DNA from: Girardia tigrina
Lineage: Eukaryota
DNA length: 64,000 nucleotides
Direction of reading: 5' to 3'
Assembly (NCBI GenBank): GCA_001938485.1
Contig: MQRK01250790.1
Coordinates: 1-64,000, forward strand
Part shown: one piece after another, positions 62,605 to 64,000 of the stretch
How positions within the stretch are numbered: the stretch's first letter is position 1
How the letters are laid out: every line of letters starts with the position of its first letter
Notes under the pieces: generated by a model
What the model saw: only the letters and a program-made list of their open reading frames with translations
Databases searched by the model: none
Told to the model about the DNA's origin: nothing
Program-made: the position numbers and the translations under genes

Positions 62605-64000
62605 TACCTATCAGAGATGAAGGACACCATCAACTGTCAATGGATAAAAAAAATAATTCTCCTTATAAATATATCTTACAATTATAAGTACTAATTATGC
62701 ACAATTAAGAATGATATCAATGTATGAACGCGTTTCCTCAACTCAGATCTTGCTGGACGAGACGGTTGAGTTAGTCCACATAAGGAATGTGGATTAAAGT
62801 TTCCTAAGTGAACCTAGTTGGGCGTGAATTGTTAATAGCCACATGAATAAAAAGATCTTTTTATATTACCACGTTTTATCGTTTATTGATTACTTTATTG
62901 TTACTGTTTTTATGTATGGGTAAATTTTCGCAATCGGTTATTTGTTCTGAATATTGGCAGAGCTGATTGGAAATTGGATGACACAACTGCCAATAACGGC
63001 CGCTAATATTGCCAAATTCAAACTGATTTTTTCTCGCTCTAATTTTTTTTATTTTTTTCTACTTATTTCTTCCACTCAGACATAAACTAAACATCTTCTT
63101 TATTTCAACGCCTCTCTTTCCATTTTTAATTTCACTTTATTAACATATTTGAGTTCACTAGAATCACTTGAATCAGTAAAATTTTAAAAAATTGTTGTTT
63201 CCATAATAAATTTTCGAAAATACTCAAAGTAAACAAACCTCTAAATTAAAGATAAACTATAACTGTCTATGTTGCTCGAATATTGTATTGTCATGCAGTT
63301 CTGAGCGGTGTTCAAAATTTCAAAACTCGAGCTACAAAAGAATATACTTTAAAATCGATCGCCAAATTCCACCGGAACAGACAACAACTCGGCGAGTATA
63401 TAATAACATGGTCAAAATATTACTTGCTCATAGTGTAATATGAACGAATATACGAGTTGTTGAATAAGGAGTGTCTATGTTGCTAGAATTAGATCCCGAC
63501 GTCCTTTCTTGAAACTGTGTTCATGCATTAATTAGTATTAAAATGTTGAAGTTATCAAAAATACGGGAAAATAATTCGGATATTTTCCTGGCGAGGTCTG
63601 TCTAGACAAGGGGAGCAAGAACTATATTACAAATTTAATTGGAATTGGAAACATGAATTACCAAATGAATGTCGCATTTTGATGATAGTTAATTAATATC
63701 AACAACAAAGTCGTCTCACCGCAGGCGGTAGCTGAAAACTGGGGTATCCGCAGAACCTAAATCTGTCAAACTGCGCTGTCCTTAAATTCAACTGTTGTTG
63801 GTTGACCGAGTTCTACATTGATATGTTACGAAAAAGTGAAGGATAGATGACAGACAATCCGAAAGATCTCACCTGGAAATTAAATCCAAAATTATTCACG
63901 TCTGTACTGGCCGTGTCGTCCAGCAATCCGAATGTGAATTCCTCGCCGGTTATATCGATTTGATCCCACTCGATATCTTGATTCTCTACCTCGATATTCT

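Overview
AT-rich, gappy eukaryotic (animal-type) genomic DNA, not prokaryotic: no operons, rRNA/tRNA genes or CRISPR arrays were seen. I can support five host genes by hand splicing and motif recognition: the 5' exons of an acyl-CoA-binding protein (ACBP/DBI, - strand), an intronless STRA6/RBP-receptor-like membrane protein (-), dynein regulatory complex subunit DRC10/IQCD (+, with a dead duplicate of exon 1 and an RFX X-box-like motif upstream), a two-LIM-domain protein (-), and a 10-exon HCN-family cyclic-nucleotide-gated channel (+, about 17.6 kb). Introns are mostly either tiny (about 42-57 nt, possibly down to 25-28 nt) or inflated to kilobases by transposons. The rest is layered mobile DNA: an intron-containing piggyBac and a piggyBac MITE, hAT elements with 8-bp TSDs, two mariners, pogo-type MITEs, Gypsy-like gag remnants, LTRs with TG...TA ends, and a Polinton-like PolB fragment. 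The most interesting signal is the HCN channel. It has an intact reading frame but substitutions at the S4 helix-break serine, the QWE motif, the selectivity filter (SIGYG), the S6 gate and the cyclic-nucleotide pocket. All identifications come from reading motifs by eye; no database search was run.
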